Shown: positions 10,145-22,200, numbered from the stretch's first letter. The stretch is 64,000 nt of DNA from an uncultured cyanobacterium (GCA_963744145.1 CAVUSO010000001.1:4512001-4576000), one strand, 5' to 3'. Program-made: numbers and translations. The notes: generated from the letters alone by a model not told the origin.

Positions 10145-11133
10145 GAGTTTTCATCTAATGGTTTTAGGGCTAATTGAGTCGATAAAACCACATACAATCC
10201 CAATACAATGATGATAAATCCGATTAAGTTCACCAAGTTTAATACTTCTCCAAATATGACCCAGGCTAAAAATCCACTTAGCACTGGTTCAAGTAACAGA
10301 ATAACAGCTAATATATAAGATGGTATGTGTTTCAAAGTATACAACATAAAAATTTGACTTAAGCACTGACCAAATACAGCTAAACTGCTACAAGCTAACC
10401 AACTTTTTGATGAAAATAGTAACAGAGGTTCATGGGTCAATAAATTGAGAATACCGGTGATGATTGTTCCCATTCCAAAACACAAAATTAGAATTACTTC
10501 CGTATTTAGATGTTTCTTCAATTGCTCGGCACTCATCAAATAACCAGCCCATGCACCAGCAGAAACCAGAGCGATCAAATCTCCTTGGATTTTGTTTAAA
10601 TTAACATCAAAATCGCCCACACCGATGATAATTGTGCCGCTAATGGCGATCGCTGTACCTAGTAAAAATCTTTGTTCAAACTGCTGATTAAACAATAACC
10701 ATCCTACCACAATAGTGAATAAGGGAGTTAGGTTGTGCATCAGGGCTGAGTTCGCGATCGTGGTTTGAGTGAGCGACCATGTCCACAAAACTGTTGTAGT
10801 ATTAGACATTAATGCAGTCATCACTAATAAAAATATCATCTGATTGTGATCAGCCGATCGCTTAGTAATTTTGGGTAGGGGGATCGGTTCCTTCTGACCA
10901 AAACGGAATATACTTTTTACTCCAGACCACACCATGATCAACATCAGGGAGATCCAATAACGATTGAAGATCAGAGTTCCAGGTTCGATTTCTTGCTCTC
11001 CCCACTTGGTCATCAATGGGACAAAAACTAAACACCCTAGCACTCCGATCAGAGAAAATATCACCAAGATTCTCTGATCGAGTGCTTGTTTCTGGGAAAA
11101 AACCTGCTCTTGTTTAATTGGTATTTCAGTCAT
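10141..11133 (-). CDS. DMT/EamA-family transporter
   Basis: About 10 hydrophobic segments; TPLF, GDLIAL and LLEPV motifs. Confidence 0.88.
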   Translation of the reverse strand: MTEIPIKQEQVFSQKQALDQRILVIFSLIGVLGCLVFVPLMTKWGEQEIEPGTLIFNRYWISLMLIMVWSGVKSIFRFGQKEPIPLPKITKRSADHNQMIFLLVMTALMSNTTTVLWTWSLTQTTIANSALMHNLTPLFTIVVGWLLFNQQFEQRFLLGTAIAISGTIIIGVGDFDVNLNKIQGDLIALVSAGAWAGYLMSAEQLKKHLNTEVILILCFGMGTIITGILNLLTHEPLLLFSSKSWLACSSLAVFGQCLSQIFMLYTLKHIPSYILAVILLLEPVLSGFLAWVIFGEVLNLVNLIGFIIIVLGLYVVLSTQLALKPLDENS

Positions 11134-11398
11134 AATTTAATTTAAAGTTCAATATATTGTAAAGAAATTATTACATTAATTCTATACTTGTCATTCTAGA
11201 TAGAGTATCATAGATGTAGACTATCTAAAAATTTAATTTACCACATGGTACAATCAAAAACAAGTTATCTAACCCGTAGCTACGGGGATGGATATTATCA
11301 ATTCTATTACATTTGTGCCTATTTTTGAAGTTTTCAAACCCGATAAACCTTGATCTGTGATATTTTAGTTTCGTCAAATAGACGTTAATTATGTAGAA

Positions 11399-12034
11399 AT
11401 GTCCAAAGTAATTATTTTTGATTTTGATGGCACAATTGCCGATACTCTGGATACAGTGATCAGAATTATTAATCGAGTTGCGGTAGAATTTGGATATCAA
11501 CCAGTGAGTCAACCAGAGCTAGCTGAATGGAAAAATTTAACAGCGAGACAAATTATTAAAAAATCAGGTGTTTCAATTTTTAAATTGCCATTTTTCATTA
11601 AAAAAGCCAAAGCTGAGTTAAATCAGGAAATTCAAACAGTTCATCCCTTTCCAGGAATCCCAGAAGTTTTGCAAGAATTGAAAAAATCTACTAAACAAAT
11701 GGGGATCATTACTTCTAATTCCCAAGCTAATGTTATGCTTTTTATCAAACAAAATAATTTAGAAGATATCTTTGATTTTGTTTATTCTGGATCAACATTA
11801 TTTGGCAAATCGCAATTAATCGATGGCTTTTTAGAACGGGAAAATATCCGTCCGGAAGAAGTTATTTATGTAGGTGATGAAACCAGAGATATTGAAGCAG
11901 CAAGAAGAAGTCAAATCAAAGCGATCGCAGTTACTTGGGGATTTAACTCTAAACAAGTCTTAGCAGCACATAATCCGGATTTTTTAATTGATCAACCTCA
12001 AGAGTTGATTGAGGTGATTCGCAAATGCAATTAA
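11399..12034 (+). CDS. HAD-family hydrolase (phosphoglycolate phosphatase-like)
   Basis: IFDFDGTIADT, TSN, YVGDETRDI and VTWGFN motifs. Confidence 0.9.
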   Translation: MSKVIIFDFDGTIADTLDTVIRIINRVAVEFGYQPVSQPELAEWKNLTARQIIKKSGVSIFKLPFFIKKAKAELNQEIQTVHPFPGIPEVLQELKKSTKQMGIITSNSQANVMLFIKQNNLEDIFDFVYSGSTLFGKSQLIDGFLERENIRPEEVIYVGDETRDIEAARRSQIKAIAVTWGFNSKQVLAAHNPDFLIDQPQELIEVIRKCN

Positions 12035-12044
12035 AAATTAGTAA

Positions 12045-12332
12045 TCAGTTCTGAACTACAAATTCAATCCTTGGTAACAGCGGATCTTGGACAATTCCGA
12101 TCCCAGTAAAACCCCAACGGGAGAGAATTCCGCGCAGCTGAGAACTGGGAATCGACTCTACCGTAAAGCGATCGGCTAGATCAGTAGCATATTTATTTAG
12201 ATAACTGAGGGCATCAAAATGTTCCCGAAATAGGAGCAAATAACTTAACTGAGATGTTTGATCCTGATGGGGATGAGCTACTAAATAGCTACCATCGGCA
12301 CGAGAACGAATTAAATAATAAATTTCTGACAT
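12045..12332 (-). CDS. Conserved cyanobacterial hypothetical protein
   Basis: 95-aa ORF starting 7 bp after the permease stop, same strand, typical composition. Confidence 0.7.
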   Translation of the reverse strand: MSEIYYLIRSRADGSYLVAHPHQDQTSQLSYLLLFREHFDALSYLNKYATDLADRFTVESIPSSQLRGILSRWGFTGIGIVQDPLLPRIEFVVQN

Positions 12333-12339
12333 AATTAGT

Positions 12340-13398
12340 TTATTTTAAATCTGCTAATTTAATCCGAGGATCAACAGATTTCAGGAGTAAGTCAGCCAAG
12401 AGATTACCAATAATTAACATTACAGCTCCCATCATTAAACTAGCCATCACTAGATATAAATCTTTAGCACGTACTGCTTGAAGAATCAGTAATCCCAGAC
12501 CGGGCCAATTAAAGAAATTTTCCGCAATAAATGCCCCACTTAACAAACCAGCAAACTCAAACCCTAAAAGAGTAATCAAGGGGTTGATCGCATTCCGTAA
12601 AGCATGAACATAGATAACTCGGTCTTCCGGTAATCCTTTAGCTCGGGCTGTCTGAATATAATCTTGACGCAAAACATCTAATAATTCCCCTCGGGTAATC
12701 CGCTGTAAACCAGCAAAACTGGTAATACTTAACGCGAAAGTTGGTAAAATCATGTGCCAACCAATATCTAAGCATTTACCTAAAGGGGAAAGATCCGTAT
12801 AGTAAATACTGGTCATTCCCCCAACTGGAAATAGGGGAGAGGTATTTTGAGCTAAAAATAGGAATAACAGACCAGTAATAAAGGTGGGGAAACCTTGACC
12901 AGTATAACTAATTATCTGTAATAGACGGTCAATCCAGCGATTTTGTTTAACCGCAGCGACAATTCCTAACGGAATCGCGATCGCCCAGGTGAGAATTAAA
13001 GATCCTAGGGAGAGAATCAGAGTATTAAAGATCCTTTCTTGCAATAATTCTGCTACAGGTCTTTGAGCATAGACAAAACTAATGCCAAAATTCCCTTGAG
13101 TAATAATTTGGATCAGCCAACGTATATACTGGACAATTACAGGTTTATCTAGACCAAACTGCTGCTTCAGAGCATCAATAGTTTGCTGTTTAATTTTTGG
13201 GTCTTGGCGCAATTGATCTAAAAAATCGCCTGGGGATAGTTGAATAATCGTAAAACTCAGAGCTGAAGCTAATAATAGAGTAAGCAGTGCCTGTAACAGA
13301 CGTTTAACCACATAAATAAAAGTTTCGCTACTAATTAAAGCGATCAACCATTTCCAGAATAAGATCAGCCAATTAAAGGAAGAGCGAGTCAAAGCCAT
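12340..13398 (-). CDS. Peptide/nickel ABC transporter permease (OppB/DppB family)
   Basis: FGLDKP, GNFGIS, DYIQTARAKGL, HALRNA and FNWPGLG motifs. Confidence 0.93.
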   Translation of the reverse strand: MALTRSSFNWLILFWKWLIALISSETFIYVVKRLLQALLTLLLASALSFTIIQLSPGDFLDQLRQDPKIKQQTIDALKQQFGLDKPVIVQYIRWLIQIITQGNFGISFVYAQRPVAELLQERIFNTLILSLGSLILTWAIAIPLGIVAAVKQNRWIDRLLQIISYTGQGFPTFITGLLFLFLAQNTSPLFPVGGMTSIYYTDLSPLGKCLDIGWHMILPTFALSITSFAGLQRITRGELLDVLRQDYIQTARAKGLPEDRVIYVHALRNAINPLITLLGFEFAGLLSGAFIAENFFNWPGLGLLILQAVRAKDLYLVMASLMMGAVMLIIGNLLADLLLKSVDPRIKLADLK

Positions 13399-13477
13399 AT
13401 AAATTAATAATTATAGAAATGAAAACTGAGGAGTCAGTACCAATTTCAAAAAACTGCTGACTCCTAATGGTTCAGGG

Positions 13478-13990
13478 TTAATATTCCACCAAAGACATAA
13501 TCGGTACATCTGGCAAACATTGACGTCCGTTCAAATCTTTTAGTTCAATGATAAAACCAAAGCCTACCAATTCACCACCGAGCCGTTTAACCAGTTGGGC
13601 TGTAGCACTAGCAGTACCACCTGTAGCAATCAGGTCATCGATAATTAATACCCGACTCCCAGCGGGGAAAGCATCTTGATGAATTTCCAGTCGATCTGTA
13701 CCATATTCAAGTTGGTATTCAGCCGAATAGATCGGTGCGGGCAATTTTTTGGGTTTACGAACCGGAATAAACCCAACTCCTAACTTATAAGCCAAAGGTA
13801 CACCAAAAATAAAGCCCCGCGACTCAGTTCCCACCACATAATCCGCAGCGAGATGGGCACATTTCTGGGTCAATAAGTCAATGGTATAACGTAGTCCCTC
13901 TGGATTTTGGAGGAGTGTAGTAATATCCCGAAACAAAATCCCGGGTTTGGGAAAATCTGGGATGTTGCGAATTAGGGACTTGAGATCCAT
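13478..13990 (-). CDS. apt: Adenine phosphoribosyltransferase
   Basis: [26 protein letters not shown] and [10 protein letters not shown] motifs. Confidence 0.98.
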   Translation of the reverse strand: MDLKSLIRNIPDFPKPGILFRDITTLLQNPEGLRYTIDLLTQKCAHLAADYVVGTESRGFIFGVPLAYKLGVGFIPVRKPKKLPAPIYSAEYQLEYGTDRLEIHQDAFPAGSRVLIIDDLIATGGTASATAQLVKRLGGELVGFGFIIELKDLNGRQCLPDVPIMSLVEY

Positions 13991-14306
13991 ATTTTTACAT
14001 TATAGAAGAAACAAACAGAAGTAAGCATACATCAAACTAAGAGAAAAGCTTAATTAGCGTGATCTGCCTGTTGGGGCATCTTACACTAGAAAATTGCTAC
14101 TTGATGGTCAAATTCTGACCCTTCAGGGATATATACTATCAATCATATTAGCGATAGTGAGTGTAAGCTAATCGGACAGGGAGTGTAAATACTTGCTATT
14201 GAATTAGACAAAATTGTCAATAATAGATGTCAGGGATTCCTAGGGTATAATCCGTTGGCTTCCTGTTCTGACGATTTAGCCCCATTGTCCTATCTAGTTT
14301 GTTGGA

Positions 14307-14933
14307 ATGAATGTTTACCCAAGCATAATGCCATTAAATAGTCCTCCAGTCCAGTCAATGCCACTAATTTTGGACAATCTGCCCTTACCACCCCTGTCGG
14401 AAAATGGCTGTCCTCGTAGGGCTCGAATGCAAATTGACCTGATTCTGTTAGCCATAGAAGCTCTCGATCTGAATGGGTCCGAAGCGATCCTAGCCGTAGC
14501 TAAGGATCTGGGGCTACAAAGTATTATCAAAAATCGAGTGGCCCTATGGCGGCTCCGGAGTACCAACCCGCTCCGACGCTTTAGTCAACGTCGTTCTTTG
14601 ACCTTGGTAGAAGCAAAAGCATTAGTGGCGATCGCCTGTTATTTAGCACGACGTTTAACTTTTGCCATTCGTGAGTTATTACTAATGTGTCAACAACTGA
14701 GGGAAAAACAGTTACCCTTTGACCATAATTTACGCATATCAGATTATCTAGAACGATTTCGGACTCATTACCGCTCCCGCATGAATCCCAGGCGATCGGC
14801 AGTAGTTGCCTATAATTCTGATGAAAAGCTCAATGACTTAGCTTTAAGCTTGTTAGGTCAACTTTTATTCTGTACGGGAACTTCTGGTATGCAAAGATTT
14901 TGGCTGAGTCTGTTTGATGGAGAAGTAGAATGA
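14307..14933 (+). CDS. DUF3038-like conserved cyanobacterial protein
   Basis: IDLILLAIEAL, NRVALWRLRSTNPLRR and LLFCTGTSGMQRFW motifs, recognised from memory. Confidence 0.75.
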   Translation: MNVYPSIMPLNSPPVQSMPLILDNLPLPPLSENGCPRRARMQIDLILLAIEALDLNGSEAILAVAKDLGLQSIIKNRVALWRLRSTNPLRRFSQRRSLTLVEAKALVAIACYLARRLTFAIRELLLMCQQLREKQLPFDHNLRISDYLERFRTHYRSRMNPRRSAVVAYNSDEKLNDLALSLLGQLLFCTGTSGMQRFWLSLFDGEVE

Positions 14934-16330
14934 CCATTCGACGTCAATACAGTCTACCTAATTGTGTTCTGGTTTTGGAAGGTTTGACTGATGCGGCCAA
15001 TTTTGTTGGTCAGTCAGATGTCCGACCTGTATTATCAATTTTAGTGAACGCCGAGTGTCATATCGCTGGAATTAACCCTCCTTTATCCGGAGGACGTGAA
15101 TTTATAGAAAACTTGGTAAAAACGGTTAGCTCTTATGCTCAGGAATTTTTGAGTGGAGTTCATTCCTATCAAAGTGAAAATCGACAGTCTGATTGGATTG
15201 AACTTGCCAAAATTAGCTCTGATGTCCATCGGTTAAAGGTCTATACCAAACCAAATCCGGAGGTACTCAATGGGACCAAAAGTCAACCAAAATTTACTAA
15301 AGCTCAGTCAGTACCATTTCAGCTAGATTTAACCACGGTCCAGTTATTTGATTTGGTGGAAGCAGTAGATCAATTACTAGCAGATACCCAAACTTTACCA
15401 GATTTGGGCCTGCAAATTGTGCCCGTTTCCAAAAAGAATGCAATCTCAGCTAAACCATTGGTGGAAAGGACAGCTCCAGTATTGCTAGGTGGATCAAGTG
15501 TAGCTGTAGCTGCGATCGTCTTTTACTTAATGCCCATTCCCCAAGTCGAACGACCATCAACCCCTACACCTACCAATCCAACGCAGTCTCAGGAGTCTCC
15601 CCTTAATTCTCAACCTCCCTCTACTAAATCTCCCACTAGTGCTAACCCCCAAACATCTGATTTAGAGGTAGCTCTAAATACAGCCCCGGAAATTACTGAG
15701 CCCCAGTTGTTGAGTGCTTTAAGACGTAAAGTTTCGGAACAAATTTTTCAAAAATTACCCAAAGATACGGTTTTTGATGAATCACTAATTTATCGAGTTG
15801 GTGTAGATCAAAAAGGAGCTATTGTTGGTTACAAAGCGATTAATTCTGCCGCAGCGGAAAATGCTCAGAAAACTCCCCTACCCAGTTTGCTCTATATCCC
15901 AGTTCCAGGTAGCAATGCTAATTCTGAACCCCTCGCTCAGTTTAAGGTGGTATTTAATACCAAAGGTGAACTAGAAGTAGCACCTTGGCAACAACCTGTC
16001 AATAACTCTAATTCTCACTCAGAAATAACTGACCAAAATGAATTAGATGATTTAACTCAAAAACTGTATGACAAAATTAATCCCCTGTGGGTAGGAACTC
16101 CACCATTTGATCGCAATTTAGTCTATCGGGTGACATTTACCATCGATGGTACGATTTTAGATTATGAGCCGATTAATCAAGCAGCTTTTGATTATGTTCG
16201 GGATACTCCCTTACCAAATTTATATCAACCGACTAAACCAACTAGCACGAATACCACAACTGAGGAATCTTTAGGTTATTTTCGAGTAATTTTTACTCCG
16301 AAAGGAATACTCCAAGTTAGTCCGTGGTGA
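14930..16330 (+). CDS. DUF4335-like membrane protein with a duplicated C-terminal domain
   Basis: RQYSLPNCVLVLEG, LTTVQLFDLVEAVDQ, one TM segment, Pro-rich linker, two similar EIT...LxYRV...TPLP...V.PW domains. Confidence 0.75.
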   Translation: MTIRRQYSLPNCVLVLEGLTDAANFVGQSDVRPVLSILVNAECHIAGINPPLSGGREFIENLVKTVSSYAQEFLSGVHSYQSENRQSDWIELAKISSDVHRLKVYTKPNPEVLNGTKSQPKFTKAQSVPFQLDLTTVQLFDLVEAVDQLLADTQTLPDLGLQIVPVSKKNAISAKPLVERTAPVLLGGSSVAVAAIVFYLMPIPQVERPSTPTPTNPTQSQESPLNSQPPSTKSPTSANPQTSDLEVALNTAPEITEPQLLSALRRKVSEQIFQKLPKDTVFDESLIYRVGVDQKGAIVGYKAINSAAAENAQKTPLPSLLYIPVPGSNANSEPLAQFKVVFNTKGELEVAPWQQPVNNSNSHSEITDQNELDDLTQKLYDKINPLWVGTPPFDRNLVYRVTFTIDGTILDYEPINQAAFDYVRDTPLPNLYQPTKPTSTNTTTEESLGYFRVIFTPKGILQVSPW

Positions 16331-16355
16331 AGTTTCTATTTACCTTAGTGATCGA

Positions 16356-17366
16356 TTGCGAAAAAAACCTAAGTTGTCGATTATCCATTATCTGACTCAG
16401 GTGGCTGAAAACAAAAAGATGAAAGATTCACCCATCGACAAGTCTATCCCTAAATCTAAAAAAAAGTTGTCGGGAAATCCTAAATCTCCGGTTTCTTCAT
16501 TGCTCGGTTTCGGATTGCAGTTGTTATTGTTAGGAGTCGGGAGTACATTTGCTTGGTTAGGAGGAATTGCGATCGCTTATTTTCATCCCGACCCCAATCC
16601 AACTATACCTTTGAGTGAGTTAATTAAGACGCAAATTAATCAATGGGTGAGTAATTATCAGCAATTAAAGCAAAGTCAACTGAAACCAACCCCGTTACCG
16701 ATGAAACCGCGATCGACACTTTCACCAACCCAAAAAAAAGAATTACAAGCAAACCTGAAAAAAATTCAGACGGATCTCAATAATTTGATTGGTCGCACTT
16801 CTCAGCTAGAAACTCAAGTCGGTAATCACCATTCCACGGAATCCTTAGAAACAAGAATTCAAGTGCTTTCCCAACAATTAAGTATGGGTGAAGAAACCAG
16901 TGCGATCGCGACGGAATTACCGATTCCTCAAGTAAATTCATCAAAGACTAAATCCCCAGGAACATCATCACCAAATTCCCAACCGATCCTAGCCACCGAT
17001 AAGGTGTTAACATCAGATAGCTTAATGGTAACTTTACCGAGCGATTTCTTATTTCCAGCTAGCACTAATAAACTCCGTCCAGAAACCCATGTAATTTTAG
17101 ATAATTTGGTTGATGATTTACGCAATTATCCAAAAGCAACAGTACGGATTGCTGGACATACCGATGATGCAGGTAATCCTGATCTTAATCGCAGCTTGTC
17201 AATTCAACGGGCTCAAGCAATTCAAGCATATCTAGAGAAAACCTTAGATCATCAATATCGTTGGGTAGTGATTGGTTATGGAGATAGTCGTCCCCTAGTG
17301 GAAAATAATAGTGATGCTAATCGTCAACGCAATCGTCGGATTGAAGTGGCGATCGAACCCCAATAG
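16356..17366 (+). CDS. OmpA-C-terminal-domain (peptidoglycan-binding) membrane protein
   Basis: [22 protein letters not shown] and NRRIEV motifs. True start may be ATG 16419. Confidence 0.88.
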   Translation: MRKKPKLSIIHYLTQVAENKKMKDSPIDKSIPKSKKKLSGNPKSPVSSLLGFGLQLLLLGVGSTFAWLGGIAIAYFHPDPNPTIPLSELIKTQINQWVSNYQQLKQSQLKPTPLPMKPRSTLSPTQKKELQANLKKIQTDLNNLIGRTSQLETQVGNHHSTESLETRIQVLSQQLSMGEETSAIATELPIPQVNSSKTKSPGTSSPNSQPILATDKVLTSDSLMVTLPSDFLFPASTNKLRPETHVILDNLVDDLRNYPKATVRIAGHTDDAGNPDLNRSLSIQRAQAIQAYLEKTLDHQYRWVVIGYGDSRPLVENNSDANRQRNRRIEVAIEPQ

Positions 17367-17392
17367 TGGTGTATAGTGAGATATCGGTCATA

Positions 17393-18403
17393 ATGAAAGT
17401 AGTATTTTTTGGCACTCCTGAATTCGCTGTACCAAGTTTACAACGCTTATTAGCTCACCGGAAAATTGAAGTTTTAGGTGTGATTACTCAACCAGATCAA
17501 CCCAGAGGAAGAGGAAAAAAACTCACACCTTCTCCGGTCAAAGTATGTGCTTTATCACATAATTTACCAGTTTGGCAACCTAAAAGGATTAAAAAAGATC
17601 AAGAAGTTATATCTCAATTAAAACAGTTAGAAGCAGATTTTTTTGCTGTAGTAGCTTACGGACAGATTCTTTCCCAAGAGATTTTAGATTTACCCCAATT
17701 TGCTTGTGTCAATGTTCACGGATCTATTTTGCCTAAATATCGCGGTGCTGCACCAATTCAATGGTGTTTATATCATGGGGAAAAAGAAACTGGTATTACC
17801 ACGATGTTGATGGATGTGGGTATGGATACGGGAGCAATGTTATTAAAAGCGACAATCCCAATCAATTTACTAGATAATGCTCAAACTCTAGCAGTGAATT
17901 TAGCTGATATCGGTGCAGATTTATTAGTGGAAACTCTAGTAAAATTACAGTCTCAAACCATTGAACCGATTCCCCAAGACTCTACTCAAGCTAATTATGC
18001 ACCACTAATTCAAAAACAAGATTATGCTCTCGATTGGTCGCGATCGGCTCTTGAGTTACATGATCAAGTCAGGGGATTTTTTCCTAATTGTGTTGCTAAT
18101 TTTCGCGGACAATTAGTCAAAGTAATCTCCACTGTACCGATCGGACCTAATTACTGGGCAGAATTACCAGAACAATTCCAGAGTTTAGCACAAGAATGGC
18201 GATCGCTAGCTGATCTTTCTGGTGATCCCGGAGAAGTGATCAGTATTATCAAACGACTCGGACCAATTGTGCAAACTGGTTCGGGCTTGTTATTATTGCA
18301 GGAAATACAGCTAGCTGGTAAGCGAGTTCAATCAGGTTGGGATTTTGCGAATGGGAGTCATTTGACTGTGGGGGAGATTTGGGTAAATGGTTCAATCATT
18401 TAA
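17393..18403 (+). CDS. fmt: Methionyl-tRNA formyltransferase
   Basis: [22 protein letters not shown] and [18 protein letters not shown] motifs. Confidence 0.97.
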   Translation: MKVVFFGTPEFAVPSLQRLLAHRKIEVLGVITQPDQPRGRGKKLTPSPVKVCALSHNLPVWQPKRIKKDQEVISQLKQLEADFFAVVAYGQILSQEILDLPQFACVNVHGSILPKYRGAAPIQWCLYHGEKETGITTMLMDVGMDTGAMLLKATIPINLLDNAQTLAVNLADIGADLLVETLVKLQSQTIEPIPQDSTQANYAPLIQKQDYALDWSRSALELHDQVRGFFPNCVANFRGQLVKVISTVPIGPNYWAELPEQFQSLAQEWRSLADLSGDPGEVISIIKRLGPIVQTGSGLLLLQEIQLAGKRVQSGWDFANGSHLTVGEIWVNGSII

Positions 18404-18751
18404 CTCAAAAAATCGACATTGGTGACATGGACCACCAGGATTCACCGCACAGCGAATTAATTCCGAATTAGCATTAAAACGACAATTAGCATCTCCTAGA
18501 ATCCAACGTCCATTTACAAAACTTCTTTCTTCTGGTTTTGGAGCAGATTGAACATAGATAGCAACTTTTTCTAAGCAATATTTACCAAATTTAAGTTGAT
18601 ACCGATGACGACGCTCTAAAACTACATAGGTTTCTCCTGCTAAATCGACATAATTCCCCGGTTGGGGAATCCAATCTAGTTGGATCTGACCAAGGGACTG
18701 ACGCGGGTGAAGCAATATTACTTCAGTTGGTAAATAGTCTAACTCCATCAT
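18392..18751 (-). CDS. Conserved cyanobacterial hypothetical protein (DUF6464-like)
   Basis: [10 protein letters not shown] and [24 protein letters not shown] motifs. Confidence 0.75.
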   Translation of the reverse strand: MMELDYLPTEVILLHPRQSLGQIQLDWIPQPGNYVDLAGETYVVLERRHRYQLKFGKYCLEKVAIYVQSAPKPEERSFVNGRWILGDANCRFNANSELIRCAVNPGGPCHQCRFFELND

Positions 18752-18772
18752 TCTTTAATTAGTCACGGTAGA

Positions 18773-18830
18773 TATACAGTGACTAATTATTTGACGTGAT
18801 GCCAAATTGTTGTCACCGATGAAAACTATT
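18773..18830 (+). mobile_element. CAST tnsB-proximal (right) end, terminal TGT mutated to TAT
   Basis: TATACAGTGACTAATTATTTGACGTGATGCCAAATTGTTGTCACCG resembles V-K CAST ends with tandem TnsB sites. Confidence 0.85.
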
Positions 18831-18885
18831 GATTTCTCTATATTCTAGCTGTTTTCCTTGATTAAAGATCGCTAGCCGTTAGTGA

Positions 18886-19014
18886 CCTGAAGTAATATCT
18901 AACCAAATCTCAACCTCTGATCCTAGCGAGAGCAATCTGATTGTCTCGGAACTTCCAGAGGAGACAAGACCAAAGTTGGAAGTGATTCAAAGTTTGCTGG
19001 AACCATGCGATCGC
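18886..19014 (+). pseudogene. tnsB: tnsB N-terminal remnant
   Basis: Translates SNLIVSELPEETRPKLEVIQSLLEPCDR, matching the V-K TnsB N-terminus (KLEVIQSLLEPCDR). Breaks at HIP1 19007-19014. Confidence 0.88.
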
Positions 19015-19144
19015 CAGGGTGGTGGGGGGTTGAGGTTGAAAGCTTCTGGGAAATGCTGCCGCCAATGGGGGAGGGGATGAAGTGCGAACCGATCGCTGTC
19101 GGACAAAATTTGGAGAATTAGCTGCATATCAAAAATCAGCTTAA
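19007..19144 (+). pseudogene. tniQ: tniQ remnants (two fused fragments)
   Basis: AIARVVG..EMLPPMGEGMKCEPI (cf. TniQ AIASVV..QMLPPAGVGMQHEPIRLC), then DRCRTKFGELAAYQKSA* (TniQ C-terminus). Frameshifted. Confidence 0.85.
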
Positions 19145-19238
19145 TGCAGGGCGGAGGAAGAAGAATGTCCTCATTGTTTTCTGCCTTTTGTGAAGATAGT
19201 CAAACGTCAGAGTTAGTCTGGCGATTGCTTAGTAATAA

Positions 19239-22200
19239 TTAATTATTTGATATTTTTTGAGAGAGCCGCTTATAGACTTCTGAAACTAACCAATCAGATA
19301 CCAACTTTTTAAAATTGATGTCATTCATATAACGAGCGAAAATATCTTCGTTTTGATCTACACGCTCAATAAATAAAGACTCAACAATTTGATTAAATAG
19401 CAAGGTAAATTTATCGGGTGAGTTGACTTGTGCTGCTTGTTGCAATTCTTCGCTATTTGCCGCCGCTTCAACAATTTGATCAAAGAAAAGTTGATCGGCT
19501 TGGTTAAAGTCAGTTCCAAAACGACTATTTAACAGATCAATTAGCTGTGATAGTTTAACAGAACTTTCACGCAAAATGCCTGTTCCTAATGCTTTCTGGC
19601 CATCTAAGGGAGATTTTTCCCCTTTTTCTAAATGAATTGAACCTTCACTAATTTTCTGAAGGCGATAATATTCAAGCTGAATATCACTATCAAAATCGTA
19701 TCGATCTTCATTAGAATGACGCAATAATTTAGGAGATAAATGACGTAAAAAAATATAAAGTTGTTCTAAATCAGAATCTTGATAAGGAATAATTTGACTC
19801 AAAAAATTATAGAGATTGCGAAAAGCTGTTAATTTTCTCCGCCAGAGTTCTGCTTCTTCAATATTCTGCTCGTATAAAGCTCGAAATCTATCAACGGCTG
19901 GATCTAATACAGCATTCATTCCTTGATGATCGGCAGGACTTTGACGCGGTTTGGGCTTAAAATAAATCGCGCAAAACCGCTTAATTTCTTCACTTAAATA
20001 GATTCCTGATGCGTCTAATTGACTTTTTAACTGGTAAAGTTGTGTGGGCTCGGCTTCCTGTCCTAACTCTGCCCCTTCATAAAACTGCTGAAATGCTTCT
20101 CGAATCTCCTCCGGTTTATTGACAAAATCAAGGATAAAGGTATCTTCTTTTTGAGGGTGAGTGCGATTCAGACGAGAGAGGGTTTGCACTGCTTGAATAC
20201 CCGATAAACGCTTATCAACATACATCGTATGTAGCAAAGGTTGATCGAAACCTGTTTGATATTTCTCGGCAACTAACAACACTTGATAGTCATTAGTAGC
20301 AAATTTTTCTGGTAATTCCTTCTCCCTAATTCCCTGATTCATTTCTTCTTCTGTATAGGTTTTATCGGAAATTTTATCGTCAGTAACAATTCCTGAAAAC
20401 GCGACTAACGTTTTGATGGGATAGCCTTTTTCTTTAATATATTTGTCAAAACTTTGTTTGTAACGAACTGCTTCCAGACGAGAACCCGTTACCACCATTG
20501 CTTTTGCCTTACCACCGATTTTATGCCGTGTAAAACTATTAAAATGTTCCACCATAATTTCAGTCTTTTGGGCAATATTATGGGGGTGGAGACGCATAAA
20601 ACGAGCTAAAGCTTTCGCGGCTTTTTTGCGCTCAACATGGGGATCATCTGAACAGTCTTTAATCAGTTTGAAGTAAGCTTTATAGGTGGTGTAGTGCTTC
20701 AATACGTCCATGATGAAGATTTCTTCAATCGCTTGACGCATGGTATAACGATGGAAGGGTTCACCTTTGCGACCAAAGAATTTTAGAGTTTTATGTTTGG
20801 GTGTAGCAGTAAAAGCAAAGAAACTGAGATTATCCTGGTGAGAGCGTTTTGCCATGCTCAGGAACATTTCTTCTAAATGTTCTAATCCTTCTTCTTCTGC
20901 CATTTCACGGGCTTTTTGATGCAATGCTTCACCACCGAGTACCCCTTTCAACTCTGTAGCACTATCCCCAGATTGAGAACTGTGAGCCTCATCAATAATC
21001 ACCGCACAGCAACGAGTTGGTAATAGTCCGCGTCCCTGTTCGTTCCGTTCTTCAGCAAGTTTAAGTAATTGTCGCGTAACAAAAGGAAATTTTTGTAGGG
21101 TTGTAATAATAATAGGAACAGCACTTTCTAGTGCTTGCGCTAACTGCTTAGAATCTTTATCTATTTTTTGAATAACGCCTTGACGGTGTTCAAATTGATA
21201 GATTGTGTCTTGTAATTGTTGATCGAGAATGCGGCGATCGCTAATCACAATTACACTATCAAAAATCCGTTGATTTTGCTCGTTATGCAGGGAAGATAAA
21301 CGATGAGTTAACCAACCAATGGTATTACTTTTGCCACTCCCTGCGGAATGTTCGATTAGATAATTCTGTCCGACTCCTTCGAGTTGGGTCGCATCAATTA
21401 ATTGACGGACGGCTTGTAATTGATGGTAACGGGGAAAGATCATGCTCTCTTTTTTGAATTTTCGCCCTTGATCATCATATTTTTGGTCTATTTGTAAATG
21501 GAGAAACTGGGCTAGGAGTTCTAGTAAACTATCTCGTTGTAAAACTTCTTCCCAAAAATAGGCGGTGCGATAGGTTCGTTCTTCGGGGTCGGGAGGGTTG
21601 CCAGCACCGTTATTGTAACCTTTATTAAAGGGTAAAAAATGGGTGGCTTTTCCGGCAAGTCTGGTAGTCATCCAGACTTCTTCGGTATCAACGGTAAAAT
21701 GAACTAATGTTCGCCGTTTAAACTCAAAAATAACCTCGTGAGGATCACGATCTTGGCGATATTGTTGTTTACCTTGTTCTACGGTTTGTCTGGTTAGGGG
21801 ATTTTTGAGTTCAATGGTTACAAGGGGAATACCATTAAGACTGAGGGTAATATCAAGTTCATTATGATTGCGATCGCTATATTGGAGTTGACGGGTAATT
21901 CCTAATTGATTGGCATTATAGCGGGTTTCTAGGTCAGTATTGAGGCTATGGGCGGCTTTGAAATAGGCTATACGCAGGGTACGTCCATAGCATTTGAAAC
22001 CGTGACGCAGGGTGTGGAGTGATCCGTAGGTATCCATCCATTTACACAGATCGGTAATGACTTGATTTGGGGTGTTTTCTCCTTGTAATGCTGCTAATTT
22101 TGCCCATTCTTTGGGTTGGGTTTGGCGGATAAAGTTGATGGCTATCTCAGGAAAAATGGCATGAGTTTTGTCAAATTTGGTTATGGTTTTAAGATAGCCG

